From the NCBI GenBank assembly GCA_046563655.1, contig CM102287.1, forward strand, positions 4,092,001 to 4,156,000: DNA of 64,000 bases, read 5' to 3'. Each line of letters starts with the position of its first letter. Position 1 is the stretch's first letter. This document shows positions 13,015-25,080 of this stretch, in pieces. Below the pieces are notes generated by a model that saw only the letters and a list, made by a program, of their open reading frames with translations, did no database searches and was not told the DNA's origin. Made by a program: the position numbers and the translations under genes. This stretch comes from Yuukianura sp. NJ FZ-2021 (Eukaryota).

Positions 13015-13441
13015 TTCCGTGAATCAAATAATTCCTGACACGAAATTTTGAGTTTTCTCTTTTTTTTACTTCTGAGGAGATTTTTCTGCTTGATTCACCT
13101 TAACAGGATTTTTGTAAAATTTTCGTCTAAAGCCTATTTTCTCGTGCTTTTTGAATCCTAAAGCACTCAGAATTTACATTTTTTTTTTTCAAAAATTCTC
13201 AGCAGTTTTTGCAAAATTGAACTTGAGAAATGAAAAACTTCCAAACGTAGTGCCTACTACGTCAATCAGTATTTTTAAATTTGCTTTAATGTCGTCATGT
13301 AATTGTACACTCGATATTTTTGTTTAACATCAGAAGAGGTACCAACTACCAACAGAGCATGAACGAACAGTCTAAAAAAAATTTAATTAATTTGAAATTT
13401 CATAATTTCTAAAAGAAATACACTTTTTAGATTCTGCAGTT

Positions 13442-16400
13442 ATGTACACTGTTCTGTCTGGAATCGTTTTCTTTCTGGTCATCTCTGACAACACTCGAAT
13501 GACTTACACTCAGCGTGGTGCACCTTGCGATGACCTTGGAGACAAAAAATACCGTAAATGACCAAAAACTTTTTGGTTGACCTTTGACCTTGACACCATT
13601 CAAACTGGTTAACTTAACTTTTGTAGGTTGTCAAAGAATCTTCCAGTGTGAAGATAAACCACCTAGAAAGCCGACTTGCCGTTGTCCGTTAGAAGAGCCC
13701 ATCTTCACTGGAAGTCAACCGGATTGTCGCAAAGCTCGTGTCGGTGAAGAATGTGGTTTGCCATGTAAGGAAATCCGCGATTCTGCGAAAATTTCGCACG
13801 CGAAAACGTGAACCTCAGTACAGTTGACTTTCTCACTTAGGAATTGGGCAAAACACAAAGCAAATGGCAATCGCACAAATGGGGGTTAGAAAATTTCCTT
13901 CCCCTGAGGTTCTATTGCCATTGCAAAATCTACCCATTTCCAAATTTGGTGGATTTTGCAAAGGCAATAGAACTTATTGTCATTGCAAAATCAATCCATT
14001 TCAAAATTTGGTAGATTTTGTAAGGGCAATAGGACTTTTTGCCATTGCAAAATCTACACATTTGAAAATTTGGTAGATTTTGCAATGGCAATTCTCAAAG
14101 TAAGGAAATTTTCTAACCCTTGTTGTGCAATTGCCATTTGTTTTGTATTTTGCCGAATTCAGAAGTTAGAAAGTCCACTGTAGTTTTGATACTTTTTGTG
14201 TAGTCCATTGTGATACGGAGGTCTGTACTGATAACAAGTGCAAATGTCCACCAGAGAGTCCCGACTATGACAGCGATCTCAAAATGTGCAAATCAAAAGA
14301 TAAAGTTCCAGGCAAAGGAAAAACGAACGGAGAGGCATGCGCTAAAGGTTCGTCCAAAAAATTTTCGTTTTTGGTTTTCGAATTATGAATTTTGAATTTT
14401 CGTTTGTAGATGCAGACTGTAACGCTGAATTCCTTTTGAAATGTGAAAAGTCGAAGTGTGCCTGCCCTGCTAAAACCGAATGGAAGCCAGGCGGCTGTAA
14501 GCCATCAAAAGGGAAAGACAAAGAAGGCTCGGCATACGGCGGTCCCTGCGATACAGCAGGTTTCAGTTTAGAAAATTTTTGAAATTTTTCGAAATTTTCA
14601 AAAAAAAATTGCTTTAGGTGACTGCATGGATGGAAAAGGTCTGACTTGTACTTCAAAGCAATGCATATGTGAACCAGGAAGCATTTGGGATGCTGGAAAA
14701 TGCCAGAAAAAAGAAACAAAGCCGTCGTTTGGCGGCATATGTGCAAAGGACGGTACGTTTTCAAAAAAAAAAAAATTACATTTTGGTTTTTTAAATTTGG
14801 TTTCAAAATTTCATAATTTTGGAACCTTGAAAACCGTACAGATGACTGTGACGATAAGAAAAGTCTTGTTTGCTTCAATAAGAAGTGCGACTGTGCAGTC
14901 GAATTTAAATGGAAAGCAGACAAATGTGAGAAATTAAAATCGATTGGCGAAGATTGTACAACTCAAGGTACGTTCCAAAACTCTAGAATTTGCCAAATTC
15001 TTTGAAAAAAAAATTTCAAAATTTTGGTGGTTTTTCAAAATTGAAAAAGAGGATTGCCAGGACGGACAACGTCTAAACTGTACCAATAAGAAATGTGCCT
15101 GCAACCCTGGATATGACTGGAAAAAGAAGGGGTGTGAAAAAGGATCAGCGCGGACGTTTGACGGAACCTGTTCAACTGATGGTAAATTTCAAATTTCAAA
15201 TTTTGAACAACAGAAATTCTTTTTTGAAAATTTCAAAATTTCAAAATTTCCAGACCACTGTATAAAAGAACGCCAACTGGTTTGTATCAAGAACAAATGC
15301 GGCTGTAAGGCTGGATTTGATTGGATCAAAGGATTTTGTAAACCCAAAAAGGATCGAGAGCAATGCAATCCATATGCAATGCGTAAGTGAATTGACCTTT
15401 GACCTTTCAAGTTCAATTTTGACATTTCAGTCATAACTTTTGACCAGTTGACCTTTGACCTTTTGTTTTTTTCAAATAGCAAAAGATTGTCAGAAAGGTG
15501 GGATGGAATGTGACGCGAAAGAAAAATATTGTACCTGTCCTGTCGGATCCGAATTTTCTATAGCTGCAAAGTATTGTAAACTCAAAGCTGGAGAGAACTG
15601 CTTCATTAACAACACTTTGCAACACGATCTCTGCGCAAGTCAACAGTGCATTACCGAATCGGGCAAAAAGCATTGCGCATGTCCACAGGAAGACGGAGTC
15701 ACACAAACATGGTCGTCGTCCAGTCAAGATTGTATCACGGAGTACTTAAACGTTCCCTGCGCAGGTTTTCTACACAACTAAACAGGAAACGTTTCCGAAA
15801 ACATTTTTTTTTTCAAAATTTCAAGTTTTTCAAAAAAAAATTAGGATCCGACGACGAGTGTCGTGGAGGAACTGTTGACCCGCGTCGTCAAAGCCTCATT
15901 TGCAAAAACAACATTTGTCAATGTCGTGAAGGTTTGACCTACCTGAGAGGCTACTGCGTCCTAGCTACCTTGCTGTTCAACGAAGTGTGTGACCCGGGTG
16001 AGTGACCTTGACCTTTGACCTCAACTAGGCAACAAGAGTAGTGTCGAAATTTTTCTTAAATTATAAGAAATTTTTTGCCACAAGTCCCATAATTTATTTT
16101 GAGGAACGGTTGGACGCATCTCCTCGTCAACTTCTATTGGACCAATTTCGTTTGATTTTACTTTTGTAGATGGAATTGGCCCAACTTGCAGGGTAGATGC
16201 TGAGTTGACTTGTCAAGATATTGGAGGTGGAGACATGAGATGTGTGTGTCTCTTACGGGAGATCCCCGTACTAGGAAAGAAGGAAATTGTAGCGTTGAGC
16301 TGGAATGCTGACCAGAAAAAGTGCGACCTCAAGCCCAATGGAGCACGGTGCAACGGAGGCTACGAGTGTCGAATCGGTTACTGTCGTGAAACATGTCAAA

Positions 16401-16498
16401 GAGGAATTGTTGAACGCCCCAAATCAGCTCAACCGAAACTTACGAATTACAAAATTCCTACTGTTTTAACTTTCATTTTCATTTTAATTTTGCACTAA
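13442..16498 (+). CDS. Cys-rich EB-module-like protein, tandem copy 5 (5 central modules)
   Basis: MYTVLSGIVFFLVIS signal; module exons near 14409, 14618, 14843, 15049 and 15254; conserved core; tail VLTFIFILILH. Confidence 0.85.
13821..14180. mobile_element. Tc1/mariner-type MITE (TA TSD) in an intron of copy 5, with about 3 internal palindromic units
   Basis: ta|cagttgactttct ... agaaagtccactg|ta; internal repeated unit attgccattgcaaaatctac...gattttgcaa.ggcaatag. Confidence 0.8.
16039..16127. mobile_element. Right arm only of the 7978-8433 MITE in copy 5
   Basis: Matches about 8345-8433; the left flank is of the empty-site type (aactagg). Confidence 0.7.
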
Positions 16499-16915
16499 TT
16501 CCGTGAACCAAATAATTCCTGACATGAAATTTTGAGTTTTCTCTTTTTTTTTTTTGACTTCTGAGGAGATTTTTCTGCTTGATCATCTTAACAGGATTTT
16601 TGTAAAATTTTCGTCTAAAGGATATTTTCTCGTGCTTTTTGAATCCTAAAGCACTCAGAATTAACATTTTTTTTTTTCAAAAATTTCCAGCAGTTTTTGC
16701 AAAATTGAACTTGAGAAATGAAAAACTTCCAAACGTAGTGCCTACTACGTCAATCAGTATTTTTAAATGTGATTTAATGTCGTCATGTAATTGTACTTGC
16801 GATATTTTTGTTTAACATCAAAGGTACCAACAGAACATGAACAGTCTAAAACAATTGAAATAATTTGAAATTTCATAATTTCTAAAAAAAAATACACTTT
16901 TTAGATTCTGCAGTT

Positions 16916-19752
16916 ATGTACACTGTTCTGTCTGGAATCGTTTTCTTTCTGGTCATCTCTGACCACATTCGAATGACTTACACTCAACGCGGTGAAGCTT
17001 GCAGACAAGTTTCAGGCAAATTCCGTAAATGACCAAAAACTTTCTGGTTGACCTTTGACCTTGCCACAATTCAGACTGGCTAAGTTAACTTTTATAGGTT
17101 GTCAAGAAGTCTATGAGTGTGAAGTTACACCACCTAAACCGCCGACTTGCCGTTGTCCGATAGAAGAGCCAGTCTACACTGGAAAACAACCGGATTGTCG
17201 CAAAGCTCATGTCGGTGAAGAATGTGGTCAGCCGTGTAAGGAAATCCGCGATTCTGCGAAAATTTCGCACGTGAAAACGTGAACCTCAGTACAGTAGACT
17301 TTCTCACTTATGAATTGGGGAAAATACAAAACAAATTGCAATCGCACAAATGGGTGTTAGAAAATTTCCTTCCTCTGAGGTTCTATTGCCATTGCAAAAT
17401 CTACGCATTTGAAAATTTGGTAGATTTTGCAATGGTAATAGAACCTCAGAGGAAGAAAATTTACTAAACCCAGTTTGTGCAATTGCCATTTGTTTTGTAT
17501 TTTGCCGAATTCATAAGTTAGAAAGTCTACTGTAGTTTTGATACTTTTTTTTGTAGTCCATTGTGATACTGAGGTGTGTACTGCTAACAAGTGCCAATGC
17601 CCACCAGAGAGTCCGGATTACGACAGCGATCTCAAAATGTGCAAATCAAAAGATAAAGCTCCAGGCAAAGGAAAAACGAACGGAGAAGCTTGCTCTAAAG
17701 GTTCGTCCAAAAAATTTTCGTTTTTGGTTTTCAAATTATGAATTTTGAATTTTCGTATTTGTAGATGCAGACTGTAACGCTGAATTTCTTTTGAAATGTG
17801 AAAAATCGAAGTGTGCCTGCCCTGCTAAAACCGAATGGAAGCCGGGCGGCTGTAAGCCATCTAAAGGGAAAGACAAGGAAGGCTCGGCATACGGCGGTCC
17901 CTGCAATACAGCAGGTTGCAGTTTAGAAAATTTTTGAAATTTTTCGAAATTTTCAAAAAAAAAATTGCTTTAGGTGACTGCATGGATGGAAAAGGTCTGA
18001 CTTGTACTTCAAAGCAATGTATATGTGAACCAGGAAGCATTTGGGATGCTGGGAAATGCCAGAAAAAGCCGTCGTTGGGCGGCATATGTGTAAAAGACAG
18101 TACGTTTAAAAAAAATGAAATCTTGGTTTTTCAAAATTTGGTTTCAAAATTTCATAATTTTGGAACCTTGAAAACCGTATAGATGACTGTGAGGATGGAA
18201 AAAGTCTTATTTGCTTCAATCGGAAATGCGAATGTCCAAGCGGTTTGAGATGGGGAGAGGACAGATGTGGAGAATTAAAATCGATTGGCGAAAATTGTAC
18301 AACTGAAAGTACGTTGCAAAACTCTAGAATTTGCCAAATTTTTTGAAAAAAAAAAAGAATTTAAAATTTTGGCGGTTTTTCAAAATTGAAAAAGGTGATT
18401 GCCATGACGGACAACGTCTAAACTGTACCAATAAGAAATGTGCCTGCAATCCAGAATATGACTGGAAACCGAAATCGAAGGGATGTGAGAAAGCACCACC
18501 GCGGACTTTTGACGGACCTTGTTCAAGTGACGGTAAATTTCAAATTTCAAATTTTTAACAAAAAAAAAATTCTTTGAAAAATGACCCAATTTTCAAAATT
18601 TGAAGACCACTGCATAAAAGAACGCCAACTGGTTTGTATCAAGAACAAATGCGGCTGTAAGGCTGGATTTGAGTGGGTGGAGGTGGAAGGATTTTGTAAA
18701 CCCAAAGGGAATCAAGAGAAATGCAATCCATTTGCAACGCGTAAGTGAATTAACCTTTGACCTTTCAATTTTCACTTTTCAATAATGTTGACCTTTGACC
18801 TTAATTTTTTGTTTGACCTTTTTTTTTTTAAATAGCAAAAGACTGTCAGAAAGGTGGGATGGAATGTGACGCGAAAAAACAATATTGTACCTGTCCTGTC
18901 GGATCCGAATTTTCTATAGTTGCAAAGTCATGTAAGCTTAAAGCTGGAGAGAATTGCTTCATCAACAACACTTTGCAGCACGATCTCTGCGCAAGTCAAC
19001 AGTGCATTACCGAATCGGGCAAAAAGCATTGCGCATGTCCACAGGAAGACGGAGTCACACAAACATGGTCGTCCGGTAATGGTTGTATCACGGAGTACTT
19101 GAACCTTCCCTGTGCAGGTTTTCTACACAACTAAACTAAGGTTTCCGAAAATTTCTTCTTTCTTCAAAATTAGTTTTTCAAAAAAAATTTAGCATCCGAC
19201 GACGAGTGTCATGGAGGAACTTTTAACAAGCGTCGTCAAGGCCTCATTTGCAAAGACAACATTTGCCAATGTGATGAAGGTTTGACCTACCTGAGAGGCT
19301 ACTGCGTCCTAGCTACCTTGCTGTTCAACGAAGTGTGTGACCCGGGTGAGTGACCTTGACCTTTGACCTCAACTAGGTTTCTATTGGACCAATTTCGCTT
19401 GATTCTACTTGTAGATGGGATTAATGCAACTTGCAGGGGAGATGCTGAGTTGACTTGTCAAGATATTGGAGGAGGAGACAAGAGATGCGTGTGTCTCTTA
19501 CGGGAGATTCCCGTACATGGAAAGAAGGAAATTGTAGCGTTGAGCTGGAATGCTGACCAGAAAAAGTGCGACCTCAAGCCCAATGGTGCACGGTGCAACG
19601 GAGGCTATGAGTGTCGAATCGGTTACTGTCGTGAAACATGTCAAAAAGGAATTGTTGAACGTCCAAATTCAGCTGAACCGAAACTCAAACTCACCAATCA
19701 CAAGATTCCTACTGCATTTACTCTCATTTTCTTGATTTTTAGACTAAATTAA
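16916..19752 (+). CDS. Cys-rich EB-module-like protein, tandem copy 6 (5 central modules)
   Basis: 5' half nearly identical to copy 5; conserved core; tail IPTAFTLIFLIFRLN. Confidence 0.85.
17292..17532. mobile_element. Shorter copy of the 13821-14180 MITE at the homologous site in copy 6
   Basis: ta|cagtagactttct...agaaagtctactg|ta with one internal unit. Confidence 0.8.
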
Positions 19753-19995
19753 CGTAATCTTCGCAAAAAAAATTTCTTCTACTTGACCTGAGAAAAAGTT
19801 TTGCTTCGATTTCCAGCTAAAATACATATAATTTTTGACACTTCCCAAGAAAGGAGAAAATTTTGCTTGACTTGATAACCTAATCTGCCTAACCATAACC
19901 TAATCTAAACTTAACTATGTTTTGATTATACTAACTAACCTAATCCCCTATGTTTCCTGTGTTATGCTTTTATGCACAAACCATTGTTATATTTT

Positions 19996-21682
19996 TTATA
20001 GTCCAAAGTATGGGTGTGGTTCGTCGTCGTCGAATTCATAGTCGTCGTTGTCGTATGCTTCCGGAAAGTAGCCGAAGTGAGCCAAATGTCGTCGTCGTCC
20101 GGCTTCTTCTTCATCGTCTTCGTTAGTCGGAAGTCTAGAATTTCAAAATTGAAATTTTGACAAAAAAATGACCTTTTGAAATTTTGAGGTCAAATGTCAC
20201 GCTCAAGGTTTGTTGACTTTGATTTTCTTTAACAGGTTTAGTAATACCTCTTGTTTTTTTCGATTTTGCAAAAAAAAAGTGTGTCTTTCATTTCATGGCA
20301 TCAAATACAGTCGAATTTTTTAACAATTTTACATACGAAATGGTGCAAATTTTTTGGACCTAACAAATTTTCTTTTTTCATTTTTATGTCAACAAGTGAG
20401 GTAGTACTCAACGTATTAAAGAAAATTCATTTTTTGTTGTCAAGCAACCTTGGTCACGCTTGTTTTTAAAATTTACCGTGCTGGAAGAGCCTGAAGCGGT
20501 GGACGGAAGACCGGCTTACTAATGAGTGGTTGAGCATTGACTTCGTTCGATACTGGAGCAGTTGCAGCTACCTCCGAAGACGGTATTTCTTTTTCGTCAC
20601 TGTCAGTGGGATTCGATCCCGCGGCCGAAACAGTTTCTTCGCTGCTTCCGGAAACGTTCGGGTTTTCAGCGGATTCGGTTTCGCTATCTTTTGATTTCTC
20701 TGTTTTAACTACTGCAGATTCTTCAGAACTTTTTTCAACTTCGGTTTCCTCTGAAACAACGGCAGAAACCGATGGGCCATTGGTGTCATCTAGACCCAAA
20801 AAATCAAAATTTTGAAAATTTTAAAATTTTGAAAATTGAGTTTTGAAATTTCAAACAATGCTGTTTAGAACACACCTCTGGTTATGGCATAGACCGGTGG
20901 GAGGTACTTGGTTTCTTCGTCATGAAAGTACTTTTGGTACACGTCAAACGGTACCAGAACTTGTCCATCTTCTGTCACAAATCCATTGATGACCAGATCG
21001 TACTTCAACGGTGGATTTTTTGGACTTCCGCCTTTGACCAATGTGTTTGACCCCGAGGTCAGCGATTTTGACTTGCGCCGTGACAACAAAGTCCGCCGTT
21101 CGTCGTCTTCGTCTTCATCGGCCTCCTCCGAACTCGAATCATCTTCTTCCGAAGTGCTATTGACCTTTGGTTGCTCCGGCCGAGGAACGATAGTGACCGG
21201 TTCGGCAGAAGGTACCGCTGGAGTTGGTGAAACGACTGGTACCGGTTCGACTGACGGTTCGACAGGAGCTACGACCGGTACGGCTGCTTCTTTTACCGGT
21301 TCGGGTGGAACTACGGGGGCGGCTGTAGTTGGTTCTCCGACGGGCGTATTTCCGGTTTTTGGTTTGACTGTTGTCATCATAACTTCAACTTCGGGCATAA
21401 CTTGTTCCGGTACCGCGGGTTTCGGTTTCGACACGACCGCTGCCACGTCTCCATCTTAAAAGGACGCTAACTTTCAGAAGTTCTGTATCGGTACTTAAAT
21501 GGAAGTTTACGGTACTTACCGGAATTGGCATTCGCTGGTACCGGTACCGCTGCCGGAGTGGTACCTCCTAGCAAGGCGTCTTTCGATCGTGGATTTTTGT
21601 AAACTCGGTATTTCGACTGCGTCGGAAGCGATTCAGTCAGAGCCAGACATCCAAGGATAACCAAAATTGCAAACCGTTTCAT
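19996..21682 (-). CDS. Secreted low-complexity Pro/Val/Glu/Ser-rich protein of unknown function (multi-exon)
   Basis: Signal MKRFAILVILGCLALTES; ORFs 20865-21446 and 20473-20799 bounded by GT-AG; last exon ...GRRRHLAHFGYFPEAYDNDDYEFDDDEPHPYFGL*. Confidence 0.7.
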
Positions 21683-22325
21683 GATTAATTAGTTTCACAC
21701 TTTAAATTAATCGATTAATTGTTAAAATGAATTATTGTCAGTATGTTTTAAACCTAACTGGAGAGATGCAGAGTAGAGACTAAGAATAATTTGGCAAAGA
21801 TTGAACTTTTGTTCCTTGCGGCCAGATCATTCAACCTGTTCTTCCATCCTTCTGCAAATACCGTAAAACTTCTAATAATTTTCCCTTTATAATGGTCTCG
21901 TCATGACTAAGCACATAACCTGGTGTAAAAATTGGAATTTTAGACGCCGGGGCGGTTATAAGAACTTTTACGGTACGGGCATCCCAAAACCGGTCAAAAA
22001 TCTTCATCTTCAAACTGGTTTTACAACTTCACAAATCACTCAAGTGGACATAAGAAGATGAAGAAGACTCAAGATTTAAAACGCACATTAACACCTAAGC
22101 TTTTTTCAAAAGTTTGACCTTTGACCTCCGCCTTTTAAAAAAATACAACACGTGACATTTTTTGTCTTTTAATTTAAAAAACAATAAGTTGAGGTGAGCA
22201 ACATTTTTGGGGGCGGGGCTGACTGCGACGTGACGTCATTCGGCAGACACTGCTGACAAATAACGCCGCGGATTGGCGGAACGTGATTTTTTGGATGACC
22301 GTGCGGAAGTATTCCAACCGTGGAT

Positions 22326-23094
22326 TTATGGAACGGTGTTCAACGGTTTTTGGAGTGCTGGAGCAATTTCGGAGTAGGATCCATGTTGACCACCTCCGCC
22401 GTGGGGTTGCCAGCCTTGGGAATGTCCGTAACTGTCATGGCCGGTGCCTTTGCCCTTGTCACCTCCCTTGTCTACGTGGTTGTAGTCCCAGTAATGCTGA
22501 ACACACAAAAAAAAAGTTAACCTCTGACCTGAATTTCGAAATTTTCAAAATTTTGAATTTCTATTTCGAAAACTTACCTCTCCATATCCTGAGTTCTTGT
22601 CTCCCCATCGCACCTACACAAAGTTTAAAATTTTGAATTGTCTGGATTTGGATGGTTCAATTTTGAACTCCTTAAGTTGAATTTGAATGTTTCAATTTAG
22701 AATTGTTTGAGTTTAAAAAATTGACTCGTTCAAAAAAATTTGAACATTTACGAAAAAAAAACTTTGACCTTTGACCTCTGGCTTACCTTTGTCCTGAACC
22801 TCCAGTTGTTGCCTTGCTCATACCGACTTGTGTAGTGGTAAGGATTTCCACGGTTGTACCCAAATTCATACTGAAAATTCAAAATTTCAAGAGTTGTATT
22901 TTTCAAAATTTTCAAAATTGGAGCATTTCAAAAAAAATCAAAAAACACATTACCTGACCATATGCTGGAATGTTGGCATACTGGAAGTATCCTTGATGTT
23001 GATGGTCACTTCCACGACCATGTTGTGACCTGACCTCTGACCCCCACATTACCAGCAGCATCCCCACCACAACTAGTATCCTTGGCTTCAACAT
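22326..23094 (-). CDS. Small secreted arthropod protein, putatively cuticle-associated (4 exons)
   Basis: Signal peptide, then spliced YANIPAYGQ|YEFGYNRGNPYHYTSRYEQGNNWRFRTK|VRWGDKNSGYGE|HYWDYNH (motif recalled from uncharacterised arthropod proteins), then a Gly/His-rich tail. Confidence 0.7.
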
Positions 23095-23654
23095 TTTCAA
23101 TTCAATTACTAATCGAAAACTCAAGTCAACTTAAGAAATGCACCCAATCGAAATGAAGTTAGGCCCTTAAGTACCCTCGCCTCAACTTTCAACAGTCGTC
23201 ACACTATTTGACCTCCCACCGCACAGATTCCGTCACGGTCTGACCTCCACCGTGACTATAATTGCTCATCATCGTGAAGATACAACGTACGAAGGTGGTT
23301 AACGCCTTAACCACCTTCGTACTTCGTTGGGTGGTAAGGCGGTTAAGATATACGAATGGAATGGGTGATTTGCCACTGGTTTGGAAAAATTTCTAACATC
23401 ACGGTCACGGCCCAATAATTTGGTAATCGTCTGCCAGCATCAGAAAAAGTGCGTGATACTGCCAAGAAATAGAAATTGGTACAAATGAAGACGAAATGAT
23501 TGCAATTAATTAAAAACTTTTCACTTCTCAAGGCTACCAACCTAAATAAATTACTCAGAACCAAGTAATTAGCAAGTAATTAACGAATTAGTTACGAGGC
23601 CTTAACAAAATCATTTATTCAAAACTCAAAACCTTCTTCTGTAGTTGATAATCT

Positions 23655-25011
23655 TTAGTAGCCGTACTGTTTGATGATCTTGTTAAAAGGCTCGGCCTGT
23701 TTAGCAATCTTCTCCGATGCTGTTCTGGTCAGCTTCCTCTTGATCTTGCGTTTCTTCTCTCGAATGGCATTTTTCATTCGTCTTCTGTTCTCCAGTTGTT
23801 TCACAACTGGAGCATACTTCCATCCTACCTCTTGCGACAGACGACCGACATAGCAGTACTGCAACATAACAAAAACAATTGAATTTCAACATGTTTTTGA
23901 TTTGAATTACTTCTTTGACCTTTGACCCCTCACCTTCCTGCCGGGCTTCAAACACATGATTCTCATGGCTTGTGGGACGACGACGCGCTTCTTTTTGTCG
24001 TAAGGAGCTGGCATGCCTTCGAACACCTTTAGCCGCCTCAGAGCTTCCTTGCCTCGAGCGGTGTTGTGTGGAACCATACCTAGAAATCAACAAAAAGTTC
24101 AATTAGAAGTTAGTTGTTGAGTAAATTTATGATAAACTTCACGAAGTAATTGATTTGGTTGTTTGTTGGATGACTAAGACCTTTTGAATTGAAACACTAA
24201 ACAGAATCGGTCATATTTAGAACGGGAATGATAGACCTGGGCCTGGATAAGGCAATGTCCATCGTGTTCTCCACGTTCAACATTTTCCGAAAGGTCAAGT
24301 GCTGGATCAAAAGGTCAACTCTCATCAACAATTTGCTTTGCCACTGTACTAACACTGTTCAGTTATGGAAAAACAAAAGTCCTGGAGAGAAATAGAACAT
24401 TTCTCAGAGGCGGACGTATGTCATGTAAAACTGACCAGCTGACTTCAACGTGGAACTGTAACTACTAAAACTAAAATCGGAGTTTAGTTGCTAATTAGTT
24501 TGTGCTTGTGCTTATACCTCGAACAACTCGTTTGAAGATCTCACTGGGAGCTCGGTAGTGGAAAGGTCCTTTGATGGGGTTGACATTACACCGCTTCCTC
24601 AGGAACGCCAAATACTTCAACTTGTTTCTACACAAAACAATCAAAGTTAATTGAAAACTTATACACTCGACTACTATTAATCTGGTACAGTTGAATAGGA
24701 GACGGAGCTTACCGGTAAAAATTTCCGGAGATGTTGACAAGTTCTGATCTAAGAACGACGACTTTATGTCCATTGAGGGTGGCCTTCGCTACAGTTGTCG
24801 CCAGGCGACCAAGCATATGTCCCGCACCATCAATCCTTATTGTGGCCTAATCAATCAAAACCAAAATCAAGTGAAACAATTTGCAAATTTCACATTAGGA
24901 TATACACAAAAGGCTATCCGATATCAAACTACGAAAAAGCAATGTTTATCAATCACCTAACCTACATAGTTCCTAGTACTACTCAATTAATAATCGATTA
25001 CTTACCACCAT
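23655..25011 (-). CDS. RpL13A: 60S ribosomal protein L13a (uL13), 5 coding exons
   Basis: [78 protein letters not shown]. Confidence 0.97.
24161..24455 (-). ncRNA. Candidate large intronic H/ACA-type RNA (about 295 nt) in RpL13A intron
   Basis: UCCACGUU/AACGUGGA closing stem around a branched 5' domain, then AGAACA (ANANNA H box), a GAUGG/UCAUC-closed 3' domain and ACA; balanced base composition in a long RP-gene intron. Confidence 0.5.
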
Positions 25012-25066
25012 TTCGGATGTTAATTAAAATTGGAACACTTATCCCTAAAATTAAACCAATTTTAAT

Positions 25067-25080
25067 TGAAAACGAGGAGA
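25067..25080 (-). promoter_or_regulatory. Possible TCT/5'TOP pyrimidine-rich start of RpL13A
   Basis: Minus strand reads tctcctcgttttca about 60 nt upstream of the ATG; the tract is imperfect. Confidence 0.35.

Noticed and set aside
20537..21459. Plus-strand Ser/Thr/Gly-rich ORFs
   Set aside because: They are antisense to the secreted gene, which has the signal peptide and splice sites.
24082..24516. Intronic telomerase RNA, RNase P RNA or U17 as the identity of the structured RNA
   Set aside because: I found no CCUAACC-type template, no RNase P CR-I/CR-V motifs and no correctly placed U17 m1/m2, so it is left unassigned.
24849..25005. C/D snoRNA in the first coding intron of RpL13A
   Set aside because: Only a degenerate C-like GUGAUUGA is present and there is no CUGA D box.
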